A DNA stretch of 64,000 bases from Leptobacterium flavescens (GTDB taxonomy: Bacteria; Bacteroidota; Bacteroidia; Flavobacteriales; Flavobacteriaceae): NCBI RefSeq assembly GCF_010671605.1, contig NZ_JAABOO010000003.1, positions 311,993 through 375,992 on the forward strand, given 5' to 3'. Numbering within the stretch: the stretch's first letter is position 1; every line of letters begins with the position of its first letter. A program made the translations under genes and the position numbers. Positions 1 through 11,652 of this stretch are shown here, piece after piece. The notes beneath the pieces were generated by a model. The model searched no databases, had not been told where the DNA came from, and was given only the letters and a program-made list of their open reading frames with translations.

Positions 1-1
1 T

Positions 2-496
2 TTTTCCGATGAAGAGGGGAATCTGTTCCCCGACAATGACGAGCGTGCTATATTCTTTGCAAAAGGAATAGTAGAAACAGTCAAAAAACTTAATTGGTCG
101 CCCGATATTATCCACGTTCACGGATGGATGGCTTCTCTTGTTCCCCTCTACCTTAAAAAGTATTACGCAGACGAACCGCTATTTGCCGAAAGTAAAATAG
201 TGACCTCCGTATATAACAAAGATTTTGATGGGACGTTAGATAAAGAGATGATCAATAAAGTGAGATTTGACGGTATCCCCGAAGAAGAGATCGATGTTTT
301 GGAAGAACCTAATTACTCTAATCTGCTTAAAGTAGCTATTAATAATTCCGATGCGGTCATTGTTGCTTCAGACGGTATCCCCGAAGATCTTAACGATCAT
401 ATTTCCAAACTGGATAAACCTGTTTTGCCCTTTATTTCCATATATGAATTTGAAGAGGCTTATGCGCAATTTTACGATACTAAAGTTTTAAATTAA
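2..496 (+). CDS. Glycogen/starch synthase-like glycosyltransferase, C-terminal part (5' end lies outside the window)
   Basis: The open frame runs from base 2 (FSDEEGNLFPDNDERAIFFAKGIVETVKKLNWSPDIIHVHGWMASLVPLY...) to the stop at 496. It resembles the Bacteroidetes glgA-like family that precedes DUF4270 genes. Confidence 0.55.
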   Translation, partial: FSDEEGNLFPDNDERAIFFAKGIVETVKKLNWSPDIIHVHGWMASLVPLYLKKYYADEPLFAESKIVTSVYNKDFDGTLDKEMINKVRFDGIPEEEIDVLEEPNYSNLLKVAINNSDAVIVASDGIPEDLNDHISKLDKPVLPFISIYEFEEAYAQFYDTKVLN

Positions 497-515
497 TCTC
501 TTACTGAAGAAAGCA

Positions 516-2360
516 ATGATGAATATTTTAAATGGTAAAGGATTAAAGGTTTTAATTCCTGCGTTGATTATTACCTTAATAATATCCTGTGAAGATGATT
601 TTAGCACAGTTGGAACCGATATTATCGGAACTAATAATTTTGAAACAGAACGTGAGAGTTTCGACGTTTTTGCGTCTACAAGAGTTTTAAATTCGGTTCA
701 GTCAAACGGACTGGCCGTTTATCAGCTGGGAAGGCTAACCGACCCGATTTACGGGACTCATGAGGCAGGCTTTGTGTCTCAGCTTTCAATACCCAGTGAT
801 AATCCGCGATTCGGGAATAATTCCCAGGAGCAGGAAGATGTGGGCGACAGCGATGAGATCCCGACTACGATTCAGGAGAATGAGGAAGTGAACAGAGTAT
901 TTCTGAATATACCTTTCTTCCTGGCAAACAGTGCTGCCAATGACGATGATAACGACGGAGTGGTAAACAGTCGTGATGTTAACCCTAACGACCCGAACAG
1001 TGATTCCGACAATGATGGGGTAACCGATTTTGAGGAGAGAGTTAACGGAACCGATCCGCTGAACCCCGATACCGATGGTGACGGAATAGTAGATGGTTCT
1101 GATGAGGATACACAGCGTGATATTTTCCCGAATACTTTTGAGTTGGATTCTATTTTTGGAAATGAAGTGGCTACTTTCGACCTGAGGGTAGAACAACTTA
1201 CTTTCTTCCTTAGAGATCTTGACCCGAATACCGGTTTTCAGGATGCTCAGGAGTATTTTTCAACGATGGACTTTAACAGTTTTACCGGGGCTACCCTTTT
1301 TGACGGGAATATTTCTATCAGCCCGAGGGAAACAGTAATTTTCGGAGAAGATGATCCGGATACTCCCGATGTGGATGAGTCGACTTCCGTAACCAGGAGG
1401 ATCCCCCCAGGAATACGAGTGGAGTTAGATCCAACCTTTTTTCAGGAGAACCTGATAGATATGGAAGGTGATGCGCGTATTGCCAATAACCAGAACTTAA
1501 GGGATTTTTTCAGAGGAATAAGAGTAACTACCAGTAATCATGCAGAAGATATCCTGATCCTGTTTAACCTTAGTCAGGCGAACATTGAAGTGGAATATTC
1601 TTTCGACAGGGCAAACCAGCAGGGAACCCTTGATGATGAATCGGATGATACCATAGATCGCGTTGAAAACACCTTTACCCTAACCCTTGGAGGGAATATG
1701 GTAAATACCTTTAACGGAGATCCTTTGTCTAATGAGATCCTGACAGAGATTAACAGAGGAACCGACGCTTCCCGTTTATATCTTACTCCGGGAGGAACCA
1801 CTTTTGTGGAGATGAACCTCTTTGACGAAGAAGGATCCAGTACCGTACTGGATCAGATCAGAACAAACGACTGGTTGATCAATGAGGCCAACCTTGTGTT
1901 TACCATAGACAGAGATCAGCTGGATATTGCAGGAAGCAGGCTTGAGCCCAACAGATTGTATCTCTATAATCTTGAAAATAATACAACCATTGTTGATTAC
2001 CTTTTAGACCCGACCCAGCAGGCGTCAGGGAACAATGTAGAATCCCGGACCGTATATGGCGGGATCATTGAGACTAACGACGAGGGAAGAGGAACTCAAT
2101 ACAAAATACGCCTTACCGAACATATTAACAGGATCATCAGGAATGATTCAACCAATGTAAAACTCGGTCTGGCAGTAACAGCAAACATCAATAATTCTAG
2201 AAATATTACCGGTGTCAATGCAGATACCGACGAATTCAGAATCCCCCAGGCTTCAGTATCCAATGCATTTGGTACGATTCTCTTTGGTGGTAATACCCCG
2301 GGAGAAGAAGACAAAGAATTAAAACTAGAAATCTTTTATACAATACCAAAAAACAATTAA
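516..2360 (+). CDS. DUF4270-like lipoprotein with thrombospondin type-3-like Ca-binding Asp repeats
   Basis: Signal peptide plus lipobox (LIISCEDD). DxDxDGxxDxxD repeats (DDDNDGVVNSRD, DSDNDGVTDFEE, DTDGDGIVDGSDED). Conserved position after the glycogen-synthase-like gene. Confidence 0.5.
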   Translation: MMNILNGKGLKVLIPALIITLIISCEDDFSTVGTDIIGTNNFETERESFDVFASTRVLNSVQSNGLAVYQLGRLTDPIYGTHEAGFVSQLSIPSDNPRFGNNSQEQEDVGDSDEIPTTIQENEEVNRVFLNIPFFLANSAANDDDNDGVVNSRDVNPNDPNSDSDNDGVTDFEERVNGTDPLNPDTDGDGIVDGSDEDTQRDIFPNTFELDSIFGNEVATFDLRVEQLTFFLRDLDPNTGFQDAQEYFSTMDFNSFTGATLFDGNISISPRETVIFGEDDPDTPDVDESTSVTRRIPPGIRVELDPTFFQENLIDMEGDARIANNQNLRDFFRGIRVTTSNHAEDILILFNLSQANIEVEYSFDRANQQGTLDDESDDTIDRVENTFTLTLGGNMVNTFNGDPLSNEILTEINRGTDASRLYLTPGGTTFVEMNLFDEEGSSTVLDQIRTNDWLINEANLVFTIDRDQLDIAGSRLEPNRLYLYNLENNTTIVDYLLDPTQQASGNNVESRTVYGGIIETNDEGRGTQYKIRLTEHINRIIRNDSTNVKLGLAVTANINNSRNITGVNADTDEFRIPQASVSNAFGTILFGGNTPGEEDKELKLEIFYTIPKNN

Positions 2361-2377
2361 CCAATTAAAACAAAACT

Positions 2378-4225
2378 ATGTGTGGAATTGTAGGTTATGT
2401 GGGTCACAGAGACGCATATCCCATTATCATTAAAGGTTTACAAAGACTGGAGTACCGAGGTTATGACAGTGCCGGGGTTGCGCTGTATGACGGAACAGAT
2501 ATCAATCTGTCCAAAACCAAAGGGAAAGTCCAGGAATTAAAAGACAAAGCAGAATCAGAGATATCTACTGCCGGAAGCGTTGGTCTGGGTCATACCAGAT
2601 GGGCTACGCACGGAGTACCTAACGATGTTAATTCCCACCCGCATTATTCAAATTCCGGGAACCTGGTAATTATCCATAACGGGATCATTGAAAATTACGA
2701 GCCCTTAAAAAAGGAGCTTACTAAAAGGGGTTATACCTTTCAGTCCGATACAGATACGGAAGTACTGGTTAACCTGATAGAAGATGTTAAGAAAAATGAA
2801 GGGGTAAAGCTTGGAAAAGCGGTTCAGATCGCTTTGAACCAGGTAATCGGTGCATATGCCATTGCCGTGTTCGACAAGACCAAACCCGATGAAATAGTAG
2901 TGGCCAGACTCGGAAGTCCGCTGGCGATCGGAGTAGGTGAAGATGAGTTCTTTATTGCTTCGGATGCTTCACCCTTTATAGAATATACAAACAACGCCAT
3001 TTATTTGGAAGATGAGGAAATGGCTGTGGTGCGAAGAGGTAAGAAAGTAAAAGTAAGAAAGATAAAAGACGATTCCCTGGTAGATCTATATGTTCAGGAA
3101 CTTCAGCTTAACCTGGAGCAGATAGAGAAGGGCGGATACGATCATTTCATGCTTAAGGAGATCTTCGAACAACCCAATGCCATCAGAGATACCTACAGGG
3201 GAAGACTGCTGGTTAATGAAGCTATTGTTAAAATGGCGGGTGTTGAAGATAATATGAAGAAATTCCTCAACGCAGAACGTATCATTGTTGTGGCCTGCGG
3301 AACTTCATGGCATGCCGGCCTTGTTTCGGAATATATCTTTGAAGAATTTGCACGTATCCCGGTAGAAGTTGAATACGCTTCGGAATTCCGTTACAGAAAC
3401 CCTATCATTACCGAAAAGGATGTGGTAATAGCCATTTCTCAATCGGGAGAAACCGCAGATACCATGGCGGCCATTAAACTGGCTAAATCCAAAGGAGCTT
3501 TTGTGTTCGGGGTTTGTAATGTGGTAGGATCTTCTATTTCGAGAGAAACCGATGCAGGAGCATATACGCATGCCGGTCCTGAGATCGGAGTGGCATCGAC
3601 CAAAGCATTTACAACTCAGATAACGGTCCTTACCTTAATTGCCTTAAGGTTGGCAAGAGCCAAAGGAACCATGTCGAGTTCGGATTACAGGCTTCATCTT
3701 CAGGAGCTGGAGTTAATCCCGGAGAAAGTAGAGAAGACCCTGCTTTCCGACGATCACGTAAAAGAAATATCGGCTATATACAAAGATGCGACCAACTTCC
3801 TGTACCTGGGAAGAGGATTTAATTTCCCGGTTGCCCTGGAAGGAGCTCTTAAGTTAAAAGAGATCAGTTATATCCATGCAGAAGGTTATCCTGCTGCGGA
3901 GATGAAACACGGACCTATTGCCCTTATTGATGAGCAAATGCCTGTAGTGGTAATTGCTACCAGGAAAGGACATTACGAAAAGGTGGTGAGTAATATCCAG
4001 GAGATCAAGTCCAGAAAAGGGAAGATCATTGCTATTGTGACCGAAGGAGATGTTTCTGTAAAAGAGCTTGCAGATCACGTTATTGAGATCCCGGCATCTG
4101 AGGAAGCGCTTTCTCCGCTTCTCACGACCATACCTTTACAATTGTTGTCTTATTATATTGCTGTAATGAGAGAATGTAATGTAGATCAGCCAAGAAATTT
4201 AGCAAAATCGGTGACTGTGGAATAG
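2378..4225 (+). CDS. glmS: Glutamine--fructose-6-phosphate aminotransferase
   Basis: N-terminal MCGIVGY amidotransferase start (Cys2), two SIS domains, C-terminal ...KSVTVE. About 615 aa. Confidence 0.95.
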   Translation: MCGIVGYVGHRDAYPIIIKGLQRLEYRGYDSAGVALYDGTDINLSKTKGKVQELKDKAESEISTAGSVGLGHTRWATHGVPNDVNSHPHYSNSGNLVIIHNGIIENYEPLKKELTKRGYTFQSDTDTEVLVNLIEDVKKNEGVKLGKAVQIALNQVIGAYAIAVFDKTKPDEIVVARLGSPLAIGVGEDEFFIASDASPFIEYTNNAIYLEDEEMAVVRRGKKVKVRKIKDDSLVDLYVQELQLNLEQIEKGGYDHFMLKEIFEQPNAIRDTYRGRLLVNEAIVKMAGVEDNMKKFLNAERIIVVACGTSWHAGLVSEYIFEEFARIPVEVEYASEFRYRNPIITEKDVVIAISQSGETADTMAAIKLAKSKGAFVFGVCNVVGSSISRETDAGAYTHAGPEIGVASTKAFTTQITVLTLIALRLARAKGTMSSSDYRLHLQELELIPEKVEKTLLSDDHVKEISAIYKDATNFLYLGRGFNFPVALEGALKLKEISYIHAEGYPAAEMKHGPIALIDEQMPVVVIATRKGHYEKVVSNIQEIKSRKGKIIAIVTEGDVSVKELADHVIEIPASEEALSPLLTTIPLQLLSYYIAVMRECNVDQPRNLAKSVTVE

Positions 4226-4315
4226 TTATAAATTCTATAAATTCGATAGGCTAATGTTAAATAATTGATAATTTTCTGTATATTGTTCTCGTCAAATTAC
4301 TAATTACTAAATAGA

Positions 4316-7138
4316 ATGATGAGAACACTATTTTCAGCAATTTTATTGCTGTGGGGACTGTCGTCCTTTGCGCAAACTACCATTACAGGTAAAGTTGTGG
4401 ATGAGAACAATACGCCCGTTCCAGGGGCCAATATTGTAATTACAGGGAAAACTATCGGAACAACCTCAGATTTTGACGGGAAATTTACTCTGACAACTTC
4501 GGAGGTACCACCTTTTAACTTAACTGTTTCGAGTATAGGTTATGCTACAACTACTGTTGCGGTTACTGCGAATAATCAGGAGTTGAATATCGTCCTGAAT
4601 TCTGAGGAGACTTTATTGGATGAGATCGTGGTTTCTGCATCCAGGACTCCTGAACGTATTTTTGAATCTCCGGTTTCCGTAGAACGATTCGGGATAAAAG
4701 AGATCAAGAATACAGCTTCTCCTTCTTTTTATGACGGGTTGGAAAATCTTAAAGGGGTAGACCTCAATACAAACAGTTTAACCTTTAAATCGATTAACAC
4801 AAGAGGTTTTGCCACTTTCGCAAATACGCGCTTTGTTCAGTTGGTAGACGGGATGGACAACTCTTCTCCCGCACTGAATTTTGTGATTGGTAATATTGTT
4901 GGAATAAACGAGAACGATGTACAGAGTGTGGAATTACTACCGGGTGCATCTTCTGCTTTATATGGGGCAAACGCTTTTAACGGGATCTTGTTCCTAAGAA
5001 GTAAAAGTCCGTTTGATGTTCAGGGAATAAGCACTTATGGTAAGACCGGTATCACTTCTCAGGAAGCAGCCGGCGATAATGTTTTCTATGACTTCGGATT
5101 CAGGGCTGCACATGCCTTTAGTGATAAATTTGCTGTGAAGGTTAACTTCTCTTACCTGAGCGGTAGAGACTGGTTTGCGGTGAATGAAGTGGACGTGAAT
5201 AATCCGGGAGCGACAAGAGCCGATCCTGGTTTTGACGGTTTGAATATCTACGGAGATGAGGTGGCAACCAACTTAAGAGGGGTTGCGGATGCACTCGAGT
5301 CTCAGGGACTTATCCCGGCCGGTGCTGCTAACCTGGTTCCGAGTGAAACCGTGAGCAGAACAGGATACAGAGAAAGAGATCTTACTCAATACAATGCAGA
5401 AAGTATTAAAACAGACCTGACATTAGTGTATCGTCCTTTTGCAGATGACTTTGAGATCATCTATAACGGACGTATCGGTCAGGGATCTACTATTTACCAG
5501 GGAGCTAACAGATATTCCCTGAATAACTTTACGCTTCAGCAGCATAAACTGGAGTTCAGAAACAAGAACTTCTTCCTGAGAGGATATGTAACCAGTGAGT
5601 CTGCAGGAGATACTTATGATACCCGTTTTACAGGGATCAACATTAACCGTGCATATAGCGACGACCAAACCTGGTTTGGAGAATATACAGGAGCCTTTAT
5701 CCAGACCATCCTTGCCGGAGGTACTAACGATCAGGCGCATGCTGCAGGTAGACAATTTGCAGACAGGAACAGATTAATTCCCGGAACTCCTGAATTCCAG
5801 GAAGCTTTTGACAGAGTTACTTCAGATCCGGACCTTCTTACAGGTTCCAGATTCCAGGATAATACGAAACTTTACCACGTAGATGCGAATTATAATTTTA
5901 CACACCTGACCAGCAACTTTGCTGAGATCCAGGTTGGAGGTTCCTTCAGAGAATATCAATTGAATTCTGCAGGAACGATCTTTACGGATTTTGACGGGCC
6001 TATCATCTATTCTGAGGTAGGTGCATATACGCAGATCCAGAAAAAGCTGGCAGATGAAAGACTGAAGCTTACGGGATCTGTACGTTATGATAAGAACCAG
6101 TTGTTTGACGGTTTCTTCTCTCCGAGATTCTCTGTAGGATATACGGTTGGTGAGGAACGCAATCACAATATCAGGGCATCCGTACAAACAGGATTCAGAA
6201 ACCCGACTACTCAGGATCTTTATATCGGTCTTGACGTAGGAGCTGCTTTCCTTGTTGGTTCTGCGGAAGGAAATCCTGCAAGATTTGAAAGAACAAGAAC
6301 GTTGAGCGGTGTTGGTCAGTTGATAAACGGCGGACAGCAAACTGTTACTTTTGACGGAAGCGGAGCATACGAGAATTCATTTACTGCAACTTCTGCACTC
6401 TTGTTTGCACAGACACAGAATCCTGCAGACCTTCAGATAGCTAATCCCAATCCGGTAGAACCGGAGCAGGTTACTTCCTTTGAAGTTGGATACAGGGGGC
6501 AGCTGAACGATAAAAGGATCATTGTAGACCTTAGTGCTTACTACAACTCTTATAAAGACTTTATCTCTACCGAAAACACGATAGTTCCTCTATACGGAAA
6601 TGTAAATCTTAGCGATGCTACAGATCTTGGACAAGGACCTATTCCTAATGCGGTTATTGCACTTGCAAACGGAGATACTCAGGTTATCCAGGCATATACC
6701 AACTCTGAAGCCGATATCAACTCATACGGAGCTACTATCGGTGTTGATGCCAAAGTATTAGGGAACTTCGACCTCGGAGTGAACTATACTTTTGCGGAGT
6801 TCGACTTTGATCAGGCTTCTGATCCTGATTTCAGACCAGGATTCAATACACCGAAGCACAAGGTGAAAGCGTCTTTCGGAAATACTGAACTATTCAAAAA
6901 TTTCGGTTTCAATGTAAGCTGGAGATGGAGTGATTCATACTTCTGGCAGGCATCTTTTGCAGACGGAAACGTTCCGGCGTACAATGTAGTTGATGCTCAG
7001 TTGAGCTATAACATCCCGAAATTAGAGTCTGCGATTAAGATCGGAGCGTCTAACCTGCTTAACGAAGAGTACTTTACTGCTTTCGGTACAGGATTGGTTG
7101 GAGCACAGTATTTTATTTCATGGACTTACAGACCATAA
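4316..7138 (+). CDS. TonB-dependent outer-membrane receptor with N-terminal carboxypeptidase-regulatory-like domain
   Basis: Signal peptide. TITGKVVDENNTPVPGANIVITGK CarbopepD_reg-like motif. Plug then beta-barrel. C-terminal aromatic residue (…WTYRP). Confidence 0.85.
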   Translation: MMRTLFSAILLLWGLSSFAQTTITGKVVDENNTPVPGANIVITGKTIGTTSDFDGKFTLTTSEVPPFNLTVSSIGYATTTVAVTANNQELNIVLNSEETLLDEIVVSASRTPERIFESPVSVERFGIKEIKNTASPSFYDGLENLKGVDLNTNSLTFKSINTRGFATFANTRFVQLVDGMDNSSPALNFVIGNIVGINENDVQSVELLPGASSALYGANAFNGILFLRSKSPFDVQGISTYGKTGITSQEAAGDNVFYDFGFRAAHAFSDKFAVKVNFSYLSGRDWFAVNEVDVNNPGATRADPGFDGLNIYGDEVATNLRGVADALESQGLIPAGAANLVPSETVSRTGYRERDLTQYNAESIKTDLTLVYRPFADDFEIIYNGRIGQGSTIYQGANRYSLNNFTLQQHKLEFRNKNFFLRGYVTSESAGDTYDTRFTGININRAYSDDQTWFGEYTGAFIQTILAGGTNDQAHAAGRQFADRNRLIPGTPEFQEAFDRVTSDPDLLTGSRFQDNTKLYHVDANYNFTHLTSNFAEIQVGGSFREYQLNSAGTIFTDFDGPIIYSEVGAYTQIQKKLADERLKLTGSVRYDKNQLFDGFFSPRFSVGYTVGEERNHNIRASVQTGFRNPTTQDLYIGLDVGAAFLVGSAEGNPARFERTRTLSGVGQLINGGQQTVTFDGSGAYENSFTATSALLFAQTQNPADLQIANPNPVEPEQVTSFEVGYRGQLNDKRIIVDLSAYYNSYKDFISTENTIVPLYGNVNLSDATDLGQGPIPNAVIALANGDTQVIQAYTNSEADINSYGATIGVDAKVLGNFDLGVNYTFAEFDFDQASDPDFRPGFNTPKHKVKASFGNTELFKNFGFNVSWRWSDSYFWQASFADGNVPAYNVVDAQLSYNIPKLESAIKIGASNLLNEEYFTAFGTGLVGAQYFISWTYRP

Positions 7139-7171
7139 ATTAATTCTTTAACTTTTAATATTAAGAACCAG

Positions 7172-8698
7172 ATGAGCTTAAAAAATTGCTATAAATGGTT
7201 GCCTCTTCTGTTTTTAGGTTTTGCCGCCTGTACTTCAGACGATGATGCAACAACACCGGTGGAACCGGAAGTTCCGATAACTTCCGGAAATGCAGATTTC
7301 TCTAACTATGTTTCCATAGGGAACTCCCTGACGGCAGGTTTTACAGACGGAGCCCTGTTCGTTGCGGGACAAACAAACTCTTTCCCGAATATCCTTTCAC
7401 AGCAATTTGCGATGGCAGGCGGAGGAGAGTTTAATATTCCTTTTACGAATGATAATCTGGGAGGTGCATTGTTAGGAGGAAATCAGATCCTTAATAACAG
7501 ATTGTTCTTTGACGGTGCCGGACCTGCGGTTTTACCAGGTAACCCGACTACCGAGATATCCAATATTCTAACCGGACCCTTTAACAATATGGGAGTACCC
7601 GGAGCCAAGAGTTTCCATATCGGATTACCGGGTTATGGAAATATTGCCGGTATTCAGGCAGGAACAGCTAACCCTTATTTTGTAAGGATGGCTTCTAGCC
7701 CGAATGCTACTATCCTGGCCGATGCCCTTGCGCAAAACCCGACATTCTTTACCCTGTGGGTTGGGAATAATGACGTACTTAGTTTTGCAACTTCAGGAGG
7801 TATCGGAGTGGATCAGACTGGAAATCCGAACCCTGCAACTTACGGGCCTAACGATATTACGGACCCGACAGCTTTTGCAGGTATTTTTACCGGACTTGTC
7901 GATGCGCTTACTGCAAATGGCGCCGGAGGTGCGGTAGCAAATATTCCGGATGTGAACATTATTCCGTTCTTTACTACGGTACCTCATAATCCTGTACCGT
8001 TAGATCAGGCTACGGTTACTCAGTTAACCACAGCGCTCTTAGGCCCTGTCGGACAGATCCTGGCCGGTTTGGGAGAAGGAGACAGGCTTGTGGCTCTGGA
8101 AGCTTCGGAGTCTAACCCTTTACTTATTGTTGATGAGTCCCTGACAAATTATTCAGCAGAGATCAGCGGTGCGTTACAACTGGGAGGTGTTTCTCCACAG
8201 GAAGCAGCACTTATAGGAAATCTTTTCGGTCAGGCAAGACATGCTACCGAGAACGACTTTATCCTGTTAACCACTTCTACGATCATCGGAGGAGAACAAG
8301 CAGGTATCCCTGCACCTTTAAATACGATAGGAGTAACCTATCCTCTTCAGGATGCTAATGTACTTACTGCAGACGAAGCAGCTATGATAGGAACAGCTGT
8401 AGATGCGTATAATGCAACCATTGCGGCTATAGCTCAGCAAAACGGACTGGCCATCGTAGATGCCAACAGTCTTTTACAGCAGGTTTTCACAACCGGGGTC
8501 CCTTACGAGAACCTGGTACTGAGATCTGATCTTGTTTTCGGAGGAGCTTTCGGACTGGATGGAGTACACCCAACATCGAGGGGATATGCCTTTATTGCAA
8601 ATGAATTTATGAGATCTATCAATGCAACCTATGGTTCTAATTTGCCTATGGTAACGCTGTCGGACTTCCCGACGCTTTTCCCGTTGGCATTGCCTTGA
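7172..8698 (+). CDS. SGNH/GDSL-family hydrolase lipoprotein
   Basis: Lipobox (AACTSDD). Block I GNSLTAG. Block V DGVHPT (DxxH). Immediately downstream of the TBDR. Confidence 0.55.
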   Translation: MSLKNCYKWLPLLFLGFAACTSDDDATTPVEPEVPITSGNADFSNYVSIGNSLTAGFTDGALFVAGQTNSFPNILSQQFAMAGGGEFNIPFTNDNLGGALLGGNQILNNRLFFDGAGPAVLPGNPTTEISNILTGPFNNMGVPGAKSFHIGLPGYGNIAGIQAGTANPYFVRMASSPNATILADALAQNPTFFTLWVGNNDVLSFATSGGIGVDQTGNPNPATYGPNDITDPTAFAGIFTGLVDALTANGAGGAVANIPDVNIIPFFTTVPHNPVPLDQATVTQLTTALLGPVGQILAGLGEGDRLVALEASESNPLLIVDESLTNYSAEISGALQLGGVSPQEAALIGNLFGQARHATENDFILLTTSTIIGGEQAGIPAPLNTIGVTYPLQDANVLTADEAAMIGTAVDAYNATIAAIAQQNGLAIVDANSLLQQVFTTGVPYENLVLRSDLVFGGAFGLDGVHPTSRGYAFIANEFMRSINATYGSNLPMVTLSDFPTLFPLALP

Positions 8699-8720
8699 TA
8701 AAGAAGATATAATTACTAAA

Positions 8721-8756
8721 AACCAGCACGGATCCGTGCTGGTTTTTTTGTTTTTA
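8721..8756 (+). terminator. Rho-independent terminator after the TBDR/SGNH operon
   Basis: ccagcacggatccgtgctgg hairpin followed by tttttttgttttt. Confidence 0.7.
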
Positions 8757-8927
8757 AGGGGCTGGAAATACCGTTTAATAAAGGGAAATAAAAATTAAGA
8801 AAAAAATCGATAAGAAGCTTATTAATTTTTCAATTAAAAACATATCTTTGCACCGCTAAAAAAGATCGTTTCGGATCAAAAGAAGCTTATAATTGTTTTA
8901 GCACATAAAAAACTAAACATTAAATAG

Positions 8928-10442
<1,515 letters not shown>

Positions 10443-10459
10443 TCTGAAAAACAAAAACT

Positions 10460-10753
10460 ATGTTTTTAGAAATTGTAACACCGGAAGCTACTATTTTTAA
10501 TGCTGAAGTGGATTCTGTAACGGTACCGGGGATCAACGGTGAATTCCAGATGCTGGAAAATCACGCCCCTGTTATTTCCCTTCTTACTGAAGGAACTGTT
10601 AAGATCCATACACACACTAAATCACATCTGGAACTGGATGAACTTCACGGAACGATAGTTCCTCACAACGATGATGATAAGGTACTTACATTAAAAATTG
10701 GTTCCGGAACAGTTGAAATGAAAGACAATAAAGTAATCGTATTGGCAGACTAA
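10460..10753 (+). CDS. atpC: F0F1 ATP synthase subunit epsilon
   Basis: Immediately after atpD. IVTPE...F.G.V..V..PG..G...L..H.P epsilon N-terminal signature. Confidence 0.85.
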   Translation: MFLEIVTPEATIFNAEVDSVTVPGINGEFQMLENHAPVISLLTEGTVKIHTHTKSHLELDELHGTIVPHNDDDKVLTLKIGSGTVEMKDNKVIVLAD

Positions 10754-10776
10754 TCCGGTTGCAAAACATAAATAAA

Positions 10777-10808
10777 GAACCCTGACTTTCCGGTCAGGGT
10801 TTTTTTAT
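10777..10808. terminator. Bidirectional intrinsic terminator between atpC (+) and the GNAT gene (-)
   Basis: accctgactttccggtcagggt hairpin with an A-run upstream and a T-run downstream. Confidence 0.7.
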
Positions 10809-11266
10809 ACACTGTATTCGAGTTCCATTCTGATGTCACACCTGGGTGATTCTATTGGCCCCTTAACCGTTTTAAATCCATAACTGTGGTAAAGACCGAT
10901 TGCAGCTTCCATTTTATAAGAGGTTTCCAGGATAATTTTTCGGGCATTCCTCCTTCCCGCTTCTCTTATTAGCTCTTCCAGCATTTGCCTCCCGTATCCC
11001 TGACCCCTGTAGCTGTTGCTCACATACATCTTGCGAATTTTAAAAAGGCCTTCACCTTCATTTTTTAACGCCCCTGTAGCCATAACAGAGCTTCCATTCT
11101 CAAAGATCAGGAAGAGACCACCCGCATTGGTATAGGAGGCTTCAATATCTTCCAGATCGGCCTCCGAACTGTTTTTGGCATAGTCAAAATCAAATTCGGA
11201 AAGCCCTTTCAGAACCAATTCTACAATTTGTTCTCTGTCCTTATTTGTCGCAGCTCTGATAATCAT
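10805..11266 (-). CDS. GNAT family N-acetyltransferase
   Basis: Acetyl-CoA-binding motif RGQGYGRQML, about 150 aa. Confidence 0.7.
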   Translation of the reverse strand: MIIRAATNKDREQIVELVLKGLSEFDFDYAKNSSEADLEDIEASYTNAGGLFLIFENGSSVMATGALKNEGEGLFKIRKMYVSNSYRGQGYGRQMLEELIREAGRRNARKIILETSYKMEAAIGLYHSYGFKTVKGPIESPRCDIRMELEYSV

Positions 11267-11382
11267 AACTTAAAGATACTGTTTCTGTTACTATGTTTTA
11301 ATGCAATGACCAATAACCAATAACCAATGATCAATGATCAATTACCAATGACCAAATTCCAAACTCCAAATAAGTGAGAGCA

Positions 11383-11562
11383 AAATTCCCTCCTGTCATC
11401 CTGAGCGCAGTCGAAGGAAAAGGAGGGGTGCCTGCCTTTACTATAGGAGCGTTAAACTCCTTATGATGTCATTCCTCCGCAGGTAGGAATCTTCCCGTAA
11501 CCGGAATGGATTCCGCAACAAGTGCGGAAATCAAAGATTCGACGAAGTCAATGACAATTTTA
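11383..11562 (+). repeat. Structured intergenic repeat element, copy A (about 175 bp), flanked by 20-bp direct repeats ccaaattccaaactccaaat (11352-11371 and 11589-11610)
   Basis: Shares cctcctgtcatcctgagcgcagtcgaaggaaaaggaggg ... ggaatggattccgcaacaagtgcggaaatcaaagattcgacgaagtcaatgacaatttt with the reverse complement of 51628-51800 and with 57527-57564. Confidence 0.8.
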
Positions 11563-11652
11563 GTACTAACAACAACCACCAACTAAATCCCAAATTCCAA
11601 ACTCCAAATTCTAATCGCTAACAACCATCAACTAAAAACCAACAACCGAAAA

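Noticed and set aside
786-1196. Antisense ORFs inside long genes: 786-1196, 1574-1801, 2096-2314, 3305-3571, 3854-4078, 5423-5755, 5822-6340, 7793-7987, 9705-9992, 11779-13163 (+ strand, within the ABC::M1 gene), 13723-14145, 19835-21142 and 22625-23431 (+ strand)
   Set aside because: Each lies entirely within, and opposite to, a long ORF with clear protein-family signatures. Their products are low-complexity or lack motifs, so they are typical shadow ORFs.
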